A DNA stretch of 64,000 bases, taken from positions 62,001-126,000 of the forward strand of contig CDRNVI010000090.1 of assembly GCA_977017575.1 (NCBI GenBank), written 5' to 3'. Below are positions 40,301-50,527 of the stretch, one piece after another. Positions within the stretch are counted from its first letter, which is position 1; the number at the start of each line of letters is the position of its first letter. The position numbers and the translations under genes were made by a program. Under the pieces are notes generated by a model, which did no database searches, had not been told where the DNA came from, and was given only the letters and a program-made list of their open reading frames with translations. The stretch is from Paramoeba atlantica. Its lineage: Eukaryota > Protista > Discosea.

Positions 40301-41800
40301 TATGCAGATGCCCATGCTATCCTAAAAGCCTTCTACATAATTCGGCTTGAATTCTACTCAAAACGCAAGGAGCTCCTATTAAAGAAATACCGAGATTTCT
40401 GTGAGAAACTGCGGAATATGGTGCGTTTTATAAAAGAAATCATTGATGGAAGTCTTGTGGTTAGCAAGAAAAAGAAGCCAATACTCCTACAAGAATTGAG
40501 AAAAAAGAACTATCGTGCCTTTCCTGTGGAGTCAGCTTCCGGTGCAAAGAAAGGTCAAGCTCTTTCTCAGGTTGATGAATCAAAGGAAGATGAAGATACT
40601 CTTTTGCGGGTGGCCGAGAGCTCGGCAGATGTATCGGAGAGCCCTGAAGTTTTACAAGGTACCAAGGATTACGATTATCTTTTCAGCATGAAGCTATGGT
40701 CCTTAACCATAGAAAGGGTTTCTGCGTTGGAGGCACAGCTCGCCAGCGTATTACAGCAAATCAAAGAGCTCGAGGTCAAGTCAGCAAAGGATTTGTGGGA
40801 GGAAGATCTAATCAAATTAGAACAAGGCTTGAAGGAATATTTTGCAGGGCGTGAAAAAGAGAATCTAGAAGCCATCCGGAAACTTAAAACTAGAAAAACT
40901 TATGATACCACAAGAATTCGAGTCCCCGTTCTTAGTGATACGGCCAGAAGAGCGCTACTAAAAGACAGCGAGGCAGCAGAGCGAAAGCTCGCGATAAGAA
41001 AACCAAAGCGGCTGAAAGAGGAATCAGAAAGGAATAGTATATCCTTTGACGAATCTCGTCAAAGCGCTCCCAAAGCATCAAAGCGGACCTTGGAAAAAGG
41101 AAAAGGTAATAATAAAACTGTCAAGCCGAGACGTCAGCGAAAGAGTTCTTGGAGCGAATCGTCTGAAAGCTTAGCTTATTCACTTTCTTCTGAGACGGGT
41201 TCCGAGTACTCAGTAGAGACATCTGAGGCCGGGACAGACAGTGATGATGTGCCATTGGGTGTTATGGGAAGGAGAAGACCGACTGCGAAGAATCAAAACA
41301 AAGCTGCCGCGTCCAAGGTTCAAGTCCCGGAACCTACCGAATTTGATCTAGATGCTTTTGGTGTCGACGCACTCGATACGCGAGACGTGCCCTCGAGTAT
41401 AGATCAGTCGCAAAAAAGAATTAACACCAGGAAAATAGACGCGGGGCCAAAAAATAGAAAGGAACGACCTGAAAATATTACGAAGAATGAGAGGAAAAAA
41501 CCGAAAAAGTATTTGCACTCGGATGACGACGAACAGTCGTCATCCACAATTGATTTTTCAACCTCAAGCGGAGAGGATGATTATGATTCATCTACTGAGG
41601 CAGACAGTGACTACCGTGAAAAGCCCAAGAAAAATTCCCAAATAAGAAAACCAGTCGTACAGAAGCCCAGAATGAAAGCTATTGACAACTTATCTTCAAC
41701 AACTACTACCTCGGTCGACGTTCCTCGACCGAAAGGCGAGGAGAAAATGCAAAAGGGTAAAGAGAATTTTCTAGACGACGATGATTTTGATTTTTTGTAA
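37352..41800 (+). CDS. TOP2: DNA topoisomerase II (nuclear type IIA)
   Basis: KKTQHEHILARPEMYIGS, GHKL motifs (EILVNSADN, GGRNGFGAKL), TOPRIM motifs (ILTEGDSA, PLRGK, DQDQDGSHIKG), active-site ASARYIFT and a charged C-terminal tail. Confidence 0.98.
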   Translation: MEAAEPVVAPSSRKKTLEQTYQKKTQHEHILARPEMYIGSCERIVDEVWIYDEVTGSMIQRKCSWIPGLYKIFDEILVNSADNKIRDPKGQTQVQVDIDRETGRVRVWNNGEGIPVKKHKEHNLWIPEMIFGHLLTSSNYDDEEMKVTGGRNGFGAKLTNVFSRKFVVETSHHASRRRFKMTWKNNMTQHEESHIEPDSGEDFTCVTFWPDFSKFGMESMENDIYDIMCRRVYDLAGVTDPSLRVRLNGTMLKIRNFASYVDLYPTFGEEKNDKSFSKINDRWEVCVRISNIGYQQVSFVNSIATSRGGNHVKYIVDQIVEKVIESAKKKAKGTEVKAHMIKPHIFVFINCLIVNPSFDSQTKETLNTTKPNFGSKCVLPNSMVDYILKAGLLNRSVEAANSKLTKQMAAKARAGSGRVTGIPKLEDANDAGGKHSGDCTLILTEGDSAKALAVSGLGTIGRDKFGVFPLRGKPLNVRDAGMKKVMGCEEIQAIMKIMGIKIGTQYTSADGLRYGHIMVMSDQDQDGSHIKGLIVNFIHSFWPSLARLPGFLTQFITPIVKAFAKRSGEVKSFFALNAFLEWRRSLSDVEKKNWTFKYYKGLGTSTSKEGKEYFSNLRDHKIDFLYVPDGEDDKQIVLAFGKDKADERKRWIQDYKASSQEQLDYRIKRMRYKDFIDKELIQFSIADCERSIPSLVDGLKPGQRKILYCCFKRNLRSSIKVAQLAGYVSEHAAYHHGEASLQATIVGLAQDYVGANNVPLLFPDGQFGTRLQGGKDCASARYIFTRLCGAARLLYPKTDDDLLEYKDDDGFPVEPHHYVPILPVVLINGTTGIGTGFATSIPNHNPWDVLQNIRNLMAGRDLIPMVPWYYGFQGTIVEREPGKYNSVGTYRVTNDMLVQVRELPIGYWTGQYKQHLEELMQKEFVLTFREHHTDTTVDFDIVLHPEVLRTWAEKGILEERLDLRGSIPASNLMCFDENGKLTKYADAHAILKAFYIIRLEFYSKRKELLLKKYRDFCEKLRNMVRFIKEIIDGSLVVSKKKKPILLQELRKKNYRAFPVESASGAKKGQALSQVDESKEDEDTLLRVAESSADVSESPEVLQGTKDYDYLFSMKLWSLTIERVSALEAQLASVLQQIKELEVKSAKDLWEEDLIKLEQGLKEYFAGREKENLEAIRKLKTRKTYDTTRIRVPVLSDTARRALLKDSEAAERKLAIRKPKRLKEESERNSISFDESRQSAPKASKRTLEKGKGNNKTVKPRRQRKSSWSESSESLAYSLSSETGSEYSVETSEAGTDSDDVPLGVMGRRRPTAKNQNKAAASKVQVPEPTEFDLDAFGVDALDTRDVPSSIDQSQKRINTRKIDAGPKNRKERPENITKNERKKPKKYLHSDDDEQSSSTIDFSTSSGEDDYDSSTEADSDYREKPKKNSQIRKPVVQKPRMKAIDNLSSTTTTSVDVPRPKGEEKMQKGKENFLDDDDFDFL

Positions 41801-42164
41801 AAAATGTATTTTTTGATTGAAAAGATTCTCGATGCTTTCCTTTGTTCCGATTATTTACTTACGTATTTTGGAAGTGCTCTAGAAGTCTTTGCATGCACAC
41901 ATGTATTTTGATGTTTTTCACTTCTCTGTATCATGGGTACAGTAAACAAGTGCCGTGGAGGCGTACTTCCTGTGCGAATCGCATAAAACATGTATCTGCA
42001 AATAGATGCAATATCAATAATATCTTTTGAATAGGATAATGTAAGGTTATGCATTGTATACACATCGTACGCAGCTATACATCCCCAAGATAAGTACGTT
42101 TAGTAACTCATATCAACTTGTGAAATTTGGTCAAATTTTGTAACTCCTTTTTTTCGTTCCAAAT

Positions 42165-44696
42165 ATGCCACCAAAGAAGAAGCAAAGGATTGAGCAACCA
42201 AAAAAGAAATCAGCACTTCCAGATGAAAACCTTTCATGGGTTCACTCATCGAACGTTGTGAAGAAAAATGAGGTAAGCGTTGCTAAAAAGGAACGTGTGG
42301 CAGCGGCCTTGGCTAACGTTGCTATGAACACTCCTTACCAAAAAGCAAAGCACAGAAAAGAGTCCAAAAACCTTTTCCATCTTTGTCAAACACAACGTGA
42401 CAAACTATTTGAGGAATATGAGAATGAGTTCATTTCAATGATTTCAATGGAGGACAGTTGCCGCCAAGTTCTAAATCAATTTACGAATTTATTTGAGGGG
42501 GAAAAGGTGCAGAGAGAAAATATCGCAGAGGGCGAAGAGTCAGAACGAATAATTAAACTCCAATGTTACCATCATTTACCGAGGCAGCAGGACAATGCAA
42601 GGCGCACCATTTCAAACGATGCACTCGCCATATGGAACCACTTGCAAGAGGCAGAGCTTCATCAAAGGAAACTGGCCTGGTGTACTCAAGAAGAAAGAAA
42701 AAATCGCGTAATATTGCATCAATCAGAATTCGCATTACGGAGCGATCTCGTGACGCAACATCAAGGTAAAGTGACCGCTTACCGATCTACCAAAAAAGCT
42801 GTTCAAGAACTGAAAGCAATGTGCTCGATTCTTACTTCTGAGATATTGTGCAACGAGGAAATTGAACATCACTTTCTTCTTGGAATTTTTCAAAGAACGG
42901 CAATAGGGTATGAAGTGATTGCCAAACTACGATCTGATATTTTGCGAAATGAAGACTCTTTGCGTTTCGAGCTAGAGATACATCAGACCAGGGAATATAT
43001 TTCTCTAATGGGGAGCATGGAGCAAGAAAGAAGCGCACTGAAGGAGCAAGAAAAGCAACACAGACAACGTTTTCGGTTTTTATACGACTCCTTTTGCCAG
43101 ATTCGCAAAGAGATTCTTAGTACTGAAATATCTGAAAGATGTTTGATACAATCCAAGAAAGAGCTCGATGTGGCGGCAACTTTCCAATTTGAGTATCGAT
43201 TAAGAGAACTAGTATCGGGATTTATACTTCAAGCGCGAGAAGAAAAGCAGGGTATATTTTATGAAGCAAGAAGCACAACTGTGAGACTGAAGCATGATCT
43301 TGAGGAGCAACTCGAAAAAATGCAATTAGCGATTAAACATCAAAAGGTACACTTGTTGGGAATTCAAGGGGAAGAACAAGCACATCGAAGCAATTACGAG
43401 AGGGAACAAGAATTAGGGCTATTCAACATGAGCTTAGATTTTGAAAGATCCAAGTTACAGCTTTTGAAAGAACACCAAGAACTTGTTGCAGATATAGCTC
43501 TTCTTCAAGACAAAGAAGTCTTGCTTCGCAACGAAGTCCAGTACTGCTTTGATACAGAATGGGGGAAAATTCAATCGTTTGGTATTAGGCAAAAAAGAGT
43601 GCTAGAGGATGTTATAAAAAGAAAATCTGTAAAGCAGAAAAAATTAGATGAAAATATGCAATTCGGACGCGAAGCTATTCTTTATCAATGGGAGCAAGGA
43701 ATTGGCGAAATGTACAATAGCCTGATAGCTGAAGAAGAAAGTATCAACAAATCTCTTCGGCTCCGAATGCTTCAAAAAGATGAATTTGAGCTTAATGAAT
43801 ATTGTAGCAGACAGCAAGTTATTGTGGAAGAGGAGTACCAGTGGTCAGCTCTCATGATGGAAGGTATAAATCACGCGATCTATGAGACTAATGTAGCGGC
43901 GATTAATTCTTTCGCTTCAGTAGAAAAAGCAGATCGAAATTTTATTGAAAGAGAGCGATGGGAATGGTATTCCATTGCACACGAACAAGTTTCATACACT
44001 ATTCTTACGCTTCTGAGCAGTGAGTCTGACGATCTTACCCTACTGGAGACAGACGCAAGGGCTATCCTGGAAGCGGCATATGAGGAGAAGTTTGGCGAAA
44101 TATGCAGTCTTCTTTCCGTCGGTGAAGAAGATCTTGCTCAGAAACTTTTGCCTGAGAAGAAATTTGATTTCGAATCGGAGCTGAACAGACAGTTTTCGGA
44201 GTTGTCCAAAGATTTAGAGACATTCAGTACTGCTGATGTGATCAAGCAGAGTAGGCCGTCCAATAATAATCAAAATCAATACCTCAGCACTGTTCTGAAA
44301 ATCTCGCCAACGGACTTATCAGAAATGCAACCCCGCGCCATAGAATTATGCGTACAACTTTTGGAGCGTAATATATCCCAATCTCGTGATTACCGTAAAT
44401 CTTTGGAAGAACACTACATCAAACTGAGGAACGAGGAGCAAAATTTGACTCAGAAACAAAAGGATTTAGCTAGAGCACAACAAGAATTATCCTTCTTCAA
44501 AGCGGCATCACAAAAAGCCATTTCTCAAAGAATAACTGCTTTTAAGACGGCGAAATCTCATCGTATGGCTAAGGATCATGAACTTTCCCGTGCCAAGATA
44601 CGAAGTATAGAAGCGGAGAAAGAGGTAGCCCGAGCCGCTAAAAAACTGGAAATCGTAAAAGAAGCGGCGAGAGAGCAAATGCGACGTGGTGGATGA
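42165..44696 (+). CDS. Uncharacterised coiled-coil protein (843 aa)
   Basis: Long ORF rich in E/Q/K/R/L with heptad character; no recognisable catalytic motif. Confidence 0.6.
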   Translation: MPPKKKQRIEQPKKKSALPDENLSWVHSSNVVKKNEVSVAKKERVAAALANVAMNTPYQKAKHRKESKNLFHLCQTQRDKLFEEYENEFISMISMEDSCRQVLNQFTNLFEGEKVQRENIAEGEESERIIKLQCYHHLPRQQDNARRTISNDALAIWNHLQEAELHQRKLAWCTQEERKNRVILHQSEFALRSDLVTQHQGKVTAYRSTKKAVQELKAMCSILTSEILCNEEIEHHFLLGIFQRTAIGYEVIAKLRSDILRNEDSLRFELEIHQTREYISLMGSMEQERSALKEQEKQHRQRFRFLYDSFCQIRKEILSTEISERCLIQSKKELDVAATFQFEYRLRELVSGFILQAREEKQGIFYEARSTTVRLKHDLEEQLEKMQLAIKHQKVHLLGIQGEEQAHRSNYEREQELGLFNMSLDFERSKLQLLKEHQELVADIALLQDKEVLLRNEVQYCFDTEWGKIQSFGIRQKRVLEDVIKRKSVKQKKLDENMQFGREAILYQWEQGIGEMYNSLIAEEESINKSLRLRMLQKDEFELNEYCSRQQVIVEEEYQWSALMMEGINHAIYETNVAAINSFASVEKADRNFIERERWEWYSIAHEQVSYTILTLLSSESDDLTLLETDARAILEAAYEEKFGEICSLLSVGEEDLAQKLLPEKKFDFESELNRQFSELSKDLETFSTADVIKQSRPSNNNQNQYLSTVLKISPTDLSEMQPRAIELCVQLLERNISQSRDYRKSLEEHYIKLRNEEQNLTQKQKDLARAQQELSFFKAASQKAISQRITAFKTAKSHRMAKDHELSRAKIRSIEAEKEVARAAKKLEIVKEAAREQMRRGG

Positions 44697-44931
44697 GTCT
44701 TGTATAAGGCTTCAAAGAAATATGTCGAAAAGCAATCAGTCATGCAGTTCTCTTCTCTACAGGTAGATATGGATTCGTATGCATGTACTTAGTCTGTCAC
44801 TTTACTGTTTCTAGTTTTAATTCTTAGTTTGTGAGTAAATTTTTGATTCTCAGAACGGATCTTAGTAACGCTTATACACGGAGTATAGTATAGTGCCATA
44901 GATATCTATAAAATTTATTCATTGAACACCC

Positions 44932-45408
44932 ATGAATTCTTGTGAACATGATTCAATGTCTAAAATGGAAATAGATTTAGTAGATCCCGCGAAACGATGT
45001 GCTGGGAACCAACGTTCGGAAATCGTCAGTGAAGAACCAATACAACCGTGCGTCATCACAAAAGTGGGAATGCTAGATTATCCGTGCTTGCGACCACTGA
45101 ATTCCCCCTCAGAATATATACAGCAATGCAAGATAACGATTTCTGAAAATATTACAAAACTAAGAAAAGTGAATCTTGTGCAGCACTTGCGAGAAATGAG
45201 AGAATTCAACGACCCTACATGGCTTGCTAGATCTGTTAAGGAACAGCACATCGATGAATTCGGTACAAATTTTTCTTCTGGAATATGGGATAAGCCTAAT
45301 GGAGATTCGAATCCGCGTGAAATTTCATTCGTCGACTTTTACAATCATCGATCTCCTCAACTGCTACAGGGAAAAGGGGGCCTGCTACAAGGGTTAACCC
45401 CAGCTTAA
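44932..45408 (+). CDS. SAP30BP: SAP30-binding protein (HCNGP family)
   Basis: LREMREFNDPTWLARSVKEQHIDEFGTNFSSGIWD matches the HCNGP motif FRNPSILEKLxxxxxIDExGTNxPxxxFD. Confidence 0.7.
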   Translation: MNSCEHDSMSKMEIDLVDPAKRCAGNQRSEIVSEEPIQPCVITKVGMLDYPCLRPLNSPSEYIQQCKITISENITKLRKVNLVQHLREMREFNDPTWLARSVKEQHIDEFGTNFSSGIWDKPNGDSNPREISFVDFYNHRSPQLLQGKGGLLQGLTPA

Positions 45409-45673
45409 TTCATGTGTATTTGAGTGCGACGCATAAAGTTGCTTGCGCAGAATATGTCCATTATCCAAACCAAAGGTCGTTTATCATAAAATGAAGTTGC
45501 TTTTCATGGAAATTTCAGAAAGAAATCATTTTCCTTAGATTTGTGCGTATCATGCACATTTTTAGACTTTTTTTAGTTTTCGTTATACAGTAGTACTAGT
45601 AAATGCTGTTTGTCTTTTAGACTCATTCGTAGTTTCAAATTTATCAATAATTGTTACATTACCTATAGTTTCC

Positions 45674-45886
45674 ATGGCGAAATCTAAGAATCATACCAAT
45701 CACAACCAGAGTCGAAAGCAACATCGGAATGGAATTCACAAGCCGCGATTTTTCAAGAAATTTTCAATGAGGGGTCTGTATCCTGCAGTGCGACGAAACA
45801 ACCGATTTAGTGTGAAGCACAACCAAGGAGCGAAGGCCCAGGCGGCGCTTCGGGCGAAGAGAACACAGGAACTTCCGGTGGCATAA
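45674..45886 (+). CDS. RPL29: 60S ribosomal protein eL29
   Basis: MAKSKNHTNHNQSRKQHRNGIHKP signature. Confidence 0.97.
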   Translation: MAKSKNHTNHNQSRKQHRNGIHKPRFFKKFSMRGLYPAVRRNNRFSVKHNQGAKAQAALRAKRTQELPVA

Positions 45887-46171
45887 TCATATTGGACTTG
45901 AAGTGAATGGATACGACGAGAGGTAGTCCACTAGGTACTAGTGACGCACTGAAAGGGAATTTGTTGGATAAGTACGTGATAAGAGGGAAAAGTTGGGAAG
46001 TGCATCGTATAAGCTGTATCTTGGTCAGAAAATAGAAGTGATTCTATTTTTCGTATATTTCTTTATAGATTTTCTATCCTTGAATGAGATAATAACCTTT
46101 GCTCTCTTTCAATACATTTTCTTGTCCCTTCTTCATACACAGTTTCATACACTAACTTATTTTATACTTCA

Positions 46172-47500
46172 ATGACACTCAATGCATTAAGGTTGAAGAG
46201 TTACAGAGGGTCGGTTGTTCCGCAATTGAGGTTTCAATGTTTCATTCTGCCAATGTTACTTTCTATGGTTGCGCCATGCGGCAACCTCGAAATACTGATA
46301 CGTAACGCGCTGCATCTAAGACCGGATTCTTTTCGTGGTCACACATTACTTTCCCCATGGCGATCCGTCTCTCTTTATTCACTGCATGCCCGTGACTCTC
46401 GGCGCCGGCAAGCATCCCAACCTCAAAAGCCCACCACCCCTGCCGATTACTACCAACTCCTTGGCGTACCACGCAACGCGGATACAAAAGAAATCAAACG
46501 CGCATACAAAAAACTCTCCTGGAAGTACCACCCTGACAAGAACACTGATGACAGCGCCAGGGAGCGGTACAAGGACATTAACAAAGCCTACACGGTGTTG
46601 TCCGACCCGGAGAAGAGGAAGCAGTACGACCTCCTGGGCGAACAGTTTGAGCAAAGCGCGGCATCAGCGAGCCGACCCAATCGCGGGGGTTTCTACCAAG
46701 CTGGACCGGACGGCACGTATGTATTCACCTCCTTTGGGGGCGGCCCCCACCGGGGCTCTCACCCTTTTACAGACCTCTTCAGTTCGGGTTCCGGTGGATT
46801 CAACCCATTCGCGAGTTTATTCGGTGGCGGAGGTGGCGGTGGGCCGTTTTCCTTCACCAACCATGGGAGAGGCAGACAACAGCAGCCACGAGGCCAACAA
46901 CAGCGGCAGAAATACCAACAACAACAACAACGTCACACAACCTCCCGAGATTCCCCGACATCCACTCCCCCGAGCCTTGACCCTCTACGTGTGAATCCTC
47001 TCACCGCTGCACGGATTCGGTATCACTGTCTTCGTTCAGGGCGGACGTCCCCGAATTTGTGTGTGATTCATCTCCAGGACAGCACCATGGGAACCGACGT
47101 TGTGCGGGAACACTTCCGGGCGGCCTTTCGCGCTGCTCTGTCCGCATTTCGCTCGGAAATGCTATTTTTCGATTGTAGTCCGGACCCCGAGGAAGGTCGA
47201 GGAACTTCCCCCGAGCGTTGGCTCCGGGAGATACGATCTGCGAGTGTAATTGTGAATGAGGGTGACGTGATTGCGCTCCGGCGCGCCCGGCAAGAGAGTT
47301 CGGTAAAAATTGCTGTACTGCGGATGACGGATGCGTTGCTGCAAGTAAAGTCTCATGACCGGGCAACTCTGAAACCCAAATCACTTAGTGTACAGGAAAA
47401 TCCTTTTGTGAGAATTATTAGCTCATTTTTAGAAAACGTTGGGTCCGGTGGCACAGTCAAATGGACTCAACTCGATCGTCCATCCTTTCTTCAAGATTAG
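46172..47500 (+). CDS. J-domain protein with a G/F-rich region and Gln-rich linker (true start uncertain)
   Basis: DYYQLLGV...[17 protein letters not shown]...YDLLGE followed by a G/F-rich tract. Confidence 0.85.
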   Translation: MTLNALRLKSYRGSVVPQLRFQCFILPMLLSMVAPCGNLEILIRNALHLRPDSFRGHTLLSPWRSVSLYSLHARDSRRRQASQPQKPTTPADYYQLLGVPRNADTKEIKRAYKKLSWKYHPDKNTDDSARERYKDINKAYTVLSDPEKRKQYDLLGEQFEQSAASASRPNRGGFYQAGPDGTYVFTSFGGGPHRGSHPFTDLFSSGSGGFNPFASLFGGGGGGGPFSFTNHGRGRQQQPRGQQQRQKYQQQQQRHTTSRDSPTSTPPSLDPLRVNPLTAARIRYHCLRSGRTSPNLCVIHLQDSTMGTDVVREHFRAAFRAALSAFRSEMLFFDCSPDPEEGRGTSPERWLREIRSASVIVNEGDVIALRRARQESSVKIAVLRMTDALLQVKSHDRATLKPKSLSVQENPFVRIISSFLENVGSGGTVKWTQLDRPSFLQD

Positions 47501-47647
47501 GATTCTATCGTTGCTACGTTTGCTTCACTTAATTTGATGTGTAAGTAGTGTAACAATCGCATCTGTGTAACATAAGACGTGACATTTTGCTATCTTTTAT
47601 GATTATAGAAAATCTTATATTCTATATAATAAAATCTTCTGAATGCC

Positions 47648-48271
47648 ATGTCTACCCACTATGAGACTCTTGGTGTAGATTCCAAGTCGACTTTTGCTGC
47701 TATACAAAAAGCATATAGACATGCTTCCTTGCTTTATCATCCGGATAAAGATTCTTCTCTTGGAGCATCTAAGGCATTCTTCCGTGTACAGGAAGCATAT
47801 ACCGTGCTACGTGATCGCACCTCCCGTGAAGAATACGACAGTGAGCTTCGGAGGGAGAGGACGAAGCAACTTACCTCCGTGAGTCAGGAACTGAACACCC
47901 ACAAACAGATGCGCGATTTGCTAGATTTCAGAGAGAGAAAAGAAAAGAAACGACAAGAGGTACTAATACGAGCTGACAGAGAGAGCAACTCACGGCGTGA
48001 GCAACTGGAACAGGAATTTGTGGAAGCGTGGCATCGCAGGCCGATTCGGGTTGTGCCGTTCGAAGAGGGCTTTAATTCTTCCCAAGCTGAGAGCACCCGA
48101 CAAGCTGCAGGAAATAACACCAAACAGTGTGATATAGATCGTGACGTGCAATATTTGTTCGATATTCTTAGAACCTATACTGATACAGCGCCTTCCATTG
48201 AGAGTATAGATGCATTGCAGAGAGAAGCACATTCCCTCTTGATGTTTCCTGATTGCATTGGAAATACATAG
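47648..48271 (+). CDS. Small J-domain protein (DNAJC17/Cwc23-like)
   Basis: HYETLGV...YHPDK...EYD followed by the charged helix KQMRDLLDFRERK. Confidence 0.75.
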   Translation: MSTHYETLGVDSKSTFAAIQKAYRHASLLYHPDKDSSLGASKAFFRVQEAYTVLRDRTSREEYDSELRRERTKQLTSVSQELNTHKQMRDLLDFRERKEKKRQEVLIRADRESNSRREQLEQEFVEAWHRRPIRVVPFEEGFNSSQAESTRQAAGNNTKQCDIDRDVQYLFDILRTYTDTAPSIESIDALQREAHSLLMFPDCIGNT

Positions 48272-48521
48272 TGCCAGATACACATTGTAGAATACCAATC
48301 TTTCGCCATACTACAAGTAATGCTCTTACCAGTTTTTTTTTCGCACTTCAGGAAGTTTAGCTTACGTGATTTCACCTTTCTCCCTTGAAGTCGGACAATC
48401 GTTTTTAAAGTACCTTTTTCTTTTGTAAATGAATGAATTTTTTTGTTAGTACTACAATTGACCTACCACAATACTACAGATATTTTGCCGACAAAAATCT
48501 ACCTCTGTACTTCGACTATAG

Positions 48522-48920
48522 ATGATGCGAACACATATTCTGAGAGGGAGTCGCGTTATCACATCCTTGGTTAAGCAAAAAAATATTGCTTCTCAGCACC
48601 GAAACTTTCTTGATGTTTTTCTTACAACATCAAACGGGATTCTATCAAGCATTAATACTGTATTTGATATATCGCATCCCAAACCAAGCACAATTAAGAA
48701 ACCTCTACTGCCTCGTGGTATAGCGGAGCACATGCCAGGGTCGTTAATTTTTCCAAGCATACACACTTTGACTCCATTCCAGAGATTTTACGTGCTAAAA
48801 ACCAGCCGAAACGTATCACAGCGGGTCCGACAGCTTCGGAAAAAGAAGCATTGCACAGGTAACAAATCAAAAGCAATGAATCACAGAATAACTAAATCGT
48901 GCTGCCCTATCAAAAAATGA
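48522..48920 (+). CDS. Hypothetical protein, possibly mitochondrion-targeted
   Basis: 132-aa ORF on the cluster strand, preceded by TATAG|ATG; Arg-rich amphipathic N-terminus; no family recognised. Confidence 0.35.
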   Translation: MMRTHILRGSRVITSLVKQKNIASQHRNFLDVFLTTSNGILSSINTVFDISHPKPSTIKKPLLPRGIAEHMPGSLIFPSIHTLTPFQRFYVLKTSRNVSQRVRQLRKKKHCTGNKSKAMNHRITKSCCPIKK

Positions 48921-49191
48921 CATTACAATATAAGAGCATATTGTATAAGGGTGTAATGACATTATACTGTATGTATGATTACTGTACAAGTAAAACATCT
49001 CAGAAAATTAGAAGAACTAGTTCAGGCGAATTGCATCTGCGTTTATTAGCTTCCGTTCTGTGCAATTCATACGGTCCACAGAAACCATCTTGAAAATTAG
49101 TGATTGCATTATTGATGTTATAGTTGTAGATATAATTTACCTGAAGTGTGAACATAGAACAGATTTTTGCGCATATTCTACTTAGATAGCC

Positions 49192-49506
49192 ATGCTACAA
49201 CGCACAGCTGCACTTGCGTACACGGCTATCAGTGCAAAATCTGGTAAAAAATATCCGGAGCAGCCTTCTAAAGAGTTATCAGTTATTGCCGAGGTGCATT
49301 TGTTCAAGAGCCCATACTGGATCACAAGTACACAAGTGCGTCATTTTGATGGTTTGAGTATAAAGCCTGATGTGACCGGATTTCCTCTTACGTTTGATTT
49401 CGGGGGAGGAAAGGCCGTAACGTGCACCATATACAATGCAGATCAAACGACAGATCCTTCTTTAATAGAAAGACACATTGAAGAGTTGAAAAAAAATGGA
49501 TCATGA
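49192..49506 (+). CDS. Hypothetical small protein
   Basis: 104-aa ORF on the cluster strand with TAG...CCATG context and protein-like composition. Confidence 0.5.
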   Translation: MLQRTAALAYTAISAKSGKKYPEQPSKELSVIAEVHLFKSPYWITSTQVRHFDGLSIKPDVTGFPLTFDFGGGKAVTCTIYNADQTTDPSLIERHIEELKKNGS

Positions 49507-49609
49507 TTATGGATGCTAAGGAATTTATTTTCACTAAACTTCAGAATTCTTTTAGATATAGATGATGTCATTTTTCGAAAATTTAAGAATGTGCGTGAAA
49601 AGATTATTA

Positions 49610-49918
49610 CTATCCCCCCCCCCTATTTAATAGGACTCCGATTTTGGGCAAAAGGCCCTAATAAAGGGGGGGGACATGGAAAATAATATGAAATTAATAA
49701 ATTAGCGCCGCTTCGCGGCGCCTTTTTTAACGTTGTGAAACAACCCCCTTTTGATACACTTTCGGTTGTTGGGGTAGATACGGGAAAAAAAATCCTCCGC
49801 TTCGCGGCGCATTCGACAATTTTTTGGCACTTTCCTTGAAATTCTTTTTGGCCTTCCAGACAAAATAGCCCTATTAAAGGGGGGGTGACACGTAGACCTA
49901 TTAAATAGGCGGGGATAG
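49610..49918. mobile_element. 309-bp MITE with TA duplication (pogo-type termini)
   Basis: TA|CTATCCCCCCCCCCTATTTAATAGG ... CCTATTAAATAGGCGGGGATAG|TA; subterminal CCCTA(A/T)TAAAGGGGGGG repeats. Confidence 0.85.
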
Positions 49919-50527
49919 TACTCATTTTTTCGAAATGTTAAATGCGGTTTTTCAATATACTACATTTTATTAAGGTGGTAACTACCGCTCTACCCTCGAT
50001 TATTGGAAACCGAATGAAAAATGGTGAAAAGACAGAAACACAGTATCCCCCTTTATCTTACAAACGATGTGCTCAGTCGCATTATTTGCCCATTACGTTT
50101 AGGACTCTTATTCATGCGCATTATTCATCCGCAAAGCTCCGATTTAGTGACAGATAAACAGAGGGAGAAAAGGGTTCCAAAAAATGAGACAGCGAAACTA
50201 TGTTTTTCGGACCCAGGGGGTACCAGGGGAGATCTCTCAAAGGAGCAAAACCGGGGAAAAAATGTCATTTTGGCAGGGGGCACACTTCTGTCCGTGGACG
50301 TACGTAGAGTTCCCAGTAAGCTGTTTGTATCTTATCCAAACATTTTACGGGTAGTCCATATGATACGTTCACACCCTCTAGAGCATGCCCCGCGTTGTAT
50401 GTCTCCAAACCTTTCATCCATTCAAATATTATTATTTAAATCACCCTTTGACCAGACAAGTAATCGTATCGACCCTATTGGAAAAACTGTTCACCTGTAC
50501 TTTTTTTTTCGAATTTCTCTGTTTTTC

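Noticed and set aside
46335-46994. 219-aa overlapping ORF within the J-protein gene, and other antisense or overlapping ORFs in the track
   Set aside because: Shadow frames of real CDSs or repeats with no recognisable motifs.
50021-50527. N-terminal extension of the Sec1 ORF
   Set aside because: Low-complexity, repeat-like sequence with no Sec1 similarity; family homology begins near the ATG at 50528.
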